Assembly (NCBI GenBank): GCA_051294905.1
Contig: CM119372.1
Coordinates: 21,392,001-21,456,000, forward strand
DNA: 64,000 nt
Direction: 5' to 3'
Source of the DNA: Botryllus schlosseri
Lineage: Eukaryota
Part shown: in pieces, positions 61,173-64,000 of the stretch
How the letters are laid out: each line of letters starts with the position of its first letter
Numbering within the stretch: position 1 is the stretch's first letter
Program-made: the position numbers and the translations under genes
The notes under the pieces: model-generated
The model's database searches: none
Told to the model about the DNA's origin: nothing
What the model saw: only the letters and a program-made list of their open reading frames with translations

Positions 61173-63616
61173 TAGGGTTGTTCAGAATTGACCGACTTTC
61201 AAAAAGTCCAGGTTTTCAGTCCGATTCCCATGCCTTATACCTTAAAAACATATTCTGGCTACTTTTTTTCGTAACTCGTCCCCTGCATCCGTGTGCACAT
61301 TGAGCTGGAAGAATAGCAGCAGAAAATAGGGGATTCCCCTAAAATCTGAGTGTCACGATTTTACCTAGCCTAGTTAAAGTGACATATAACATGGATTTAT
61401 GCAGCTGTTGCGGTTTGGAGTGCTACAAAACCCCACTATATAAGGCATTGCTAGTTCAAGATATCATTTCCATGTCCCACACTGCCTTAGAACTGCTCAA
61501 AACTACCTAAAACTGATAGTCATTTTGTTGGATCACATATCCTACACCCCTCAAACCTACCCGGCACTGTTCATCAATTTCCTGGATCCCCATGTGCAAG
61601 AATACAACTGTAAATGTAACATCCACTCACAGCCACATTATAAACATCACAGGAAACGAAAAAATAAGGCAAAGACAGAGATCAACTTGGCAAAATATTA
61701 CATAAATCAGGTGGATGAAATGGTTGCTTTCGAGAAATCTGCATATCTGTTCCGGTGATCTTCCACAGCTTGTAGGAGGCTCGCTCGCTGTTTTTTGTCA
61801 TCTGTTATGAACGCAGCATAGTCGGTATTCAATTTTACCACACGCTCTGCTGCATCATTAACTACTTCAACAGTATTCACATATTCTTGAGCAGTCACGA
61901 AATCCGGATCAGTATGCCATTCCGAAACTGGAAGACTCAACCAATCATGTTCCACATGTATAGCATCAAATAGAAACCACGATTCTGGCCCAATCAAATC
62001 GACCATACTCATTGACTCAGAGACAGAGTCAGAGATCAGACTGAGAGGCATACCTCTGCGAAATTTTTCAGGGATTGGCATTTTCAGCAATTTAGCAGCC
62101 ATCGCTGCCTTCAGTTTGTCAAGAATCTTTGGATTAGCTGAGAACATGGTAAATACCACCATTTCCTCAGTTAGATACCAATGATGTTTTCGCAATTTCT
62201 TGTATGCCACATCAGCAACAGTGAGATCGCATAATGAAAAGTTTTTCATGTCATGAATGAATTTGAGATCATTCCAAGGTGTGTCACATGCAATACCAGT
62301 TTTCAACCAAGCTGGAACATAAAACAAAGCAATGAATGTATTGATTTGTTCCAACTTTTCAATGAACTCTTCAGAATAGTCCATTTGCTCACTCCACATG
62401 AACATTTTTTGACAGTACAGGACTTGACTCGTCCATCTAGCGCTATGAGTAGCACCAGGCTTGCGAAAACGATGCTCAACATATTTGTCATCCAAAATCG
62501 CCAAGGTCCCTGTTGCATATTCTCTGTAGTCATCTCTTATCAAGACTTCTTTCTTCTTTCCATCATTGGGTTTCATCAGTGGAATTATTTCTTGCTTTAC
62601 TTCATCAGCTTTCATCGCCAACCAGCTGCCTTCAATAAACTTCTGCGTTTTATAGTATCTTGATTTATCAATATGTTTCCACTTCTTCTTGAAGGTATTC
62701 AAATCCTGTTTTCATGGCCTGTGGTTGTCGATCCAAACAAACACTTCCAAACCTCTCGAATGACCAGTTCATAAATATGATGGCGACAGGCATTGTAGAA
62801 AACTTTCCTGTTAATCAATTCTTCAAGTAACGGAACCGCACCTTTGTTTTTACCAGTGTTTGAGGATGTTGTGTCAAACACAAGAGCTCTAACAGATTTT
62901 GTTAAATTCCAAAGTTCCAGCAGTTCAAATGATGCATCAGCCTGTGCTTTTCCTGTAGCACTTTCCGACTATGCTGCGTTCATAACGGATGACAAAAAAC
63001 AGCGAGCGAGCCTCCTACAAGCTGTGGAAGATCACCGGAACAGATATGCAGATTTCTCGAAAGCAACCATTTCATCCACCTGATTTATGTAATATTTTGC
63101 CAAGTTGATCTCTTTCTTTGCCTTATTTTTTCGTTTCCTGTGATGTTTATTATGTGGCTGTGAGTGTATGTTACATTTACAGTTATATTCTTGCACCTGG
63201 GGATCCAGGAAATTGATGAACAGTGCCGGGTAGGTTTGAGGGGTGTAGGATATGTGATCCAACAAAATGCTATCAGTTTTAGGTAGTTTTGAGCAGTTCT
63301 AAGGCAGTGTGGGAAATGGAAATGATATCCTGAACTAGGAATGCCTTATATAGTGGGGTTTTGTAGCACTCCAAACCGCAACAGCTGCATAAATCCATGT
63401 TATATGTCACTTTAACTAGGCTAGGTAAAATCGTGACACTCAGATTTTAGGGGAATCCCCTATTTTCAGCTGCTATTCTTCCAGCTCAATGTGCACACGG
63501 ATGCAGGGGACGAGTGACAAAAAAAAGTAGCCAGAATATGTTTTTAAGGTATAAGGCATGGGAATCGGACTGAAAACCTGGACTTTTTGAAAGTCGGTCA
63601 ATTCTGAACAACCCTA
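61173..63616. mobile_element. hATm-type foldback derivative with ~653-bp inverted arms
   Basis: Termini are TAGGGTTGTTCAG...CTGAACAACCCTA, with an exact 8-bp TSD ATGTATAT (61165-61172, 63617-63624). Arms are 61173-61825 and 62965-63616. It is inserted in a family A copy. Confidence 0.88.
61707..62964 (-). pseudogene. hATm-like transposase, C-terminal portion (5'-truncated, frameshift at ~62700)
   Basis: Motifs FDTTSSNTG, ACRHHIYEL, KPGATHSARW, HHWYLTEE and VVNDAAERVVKL. The N-terminus is replaced by an inverted copy of the 3' end. Confidence 0.8.
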
Positions 63617-64000
63617 ATGTATATTGCTATCAATTTTTTATCCCTTCTGCTCATGTAATCTGATTTACCGGTAGAGATGAGGGAGGTGTCTTGGCAACTG
63701 TAGGGTCCGTAAATAATAATTAAACATATTCGGGCCAGCGGACCGGTGGTATAATGACTTCGTTAGGTGATGTTATTTCGTGACCTTCTGTCTACTTTGT
63801 CAAAATATATTGACATCGCCCATACGTACTAAATCTAACGACGCTCACGATTTCAAATTGGTTATTTCTTCACAGGCAAATTGTTTTTCCATGCATGATG
63901 ACATTTGTCTTGTGGGATTCAGATTTGCAGGACAGGAACATTCGACGCCAACCATTTAGTCGTGAAGGTCTTCTCGCTTCGATCGTTCTGGCACACTTCT

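Overview
This is eukaryotic (animal-type), AT-rich DNA dominated by nested transposable elements. I see no prokaryotic genes, RNA genes or CRISPR arrays. The only recognisable host gene is a minus-strand C-type lectin. Its two visible exons (58716-58557 and 5092-4828) have compatible splice phases, so most of the window may be a single ~53.5-kb intron. The standout structure is a 13,845-bp element (19985-33829) that is one near-perfect palindrome: 6,753-bp arms around a 339-bp spacer. It has Polinton/Maverick-type AGTAGT termini, subterminal tandem repeats and an exact 6-bp target-site duplication (TSD), but no recognisable Polinton core gene. I interpret it as an apparent snap-back defective Polinton. 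Two other foldback elements are present: a 5.4-kb element with 60-bp repeat arrays in its arms (7785-13142), and a hATm derivative whose two ends are both the transposase 3' end (61173-63616). There are also two full-length Ty3/Gypsy LTR elements (one lacks a tRNA PBS and may self-prime), many non-autonomous hAT elements with 8-bp TSDs, tRNA-derived SINEs and LINE 3' fragments. Coordinates were counted by eye. Family names come from recognising motifs, not from database searches.
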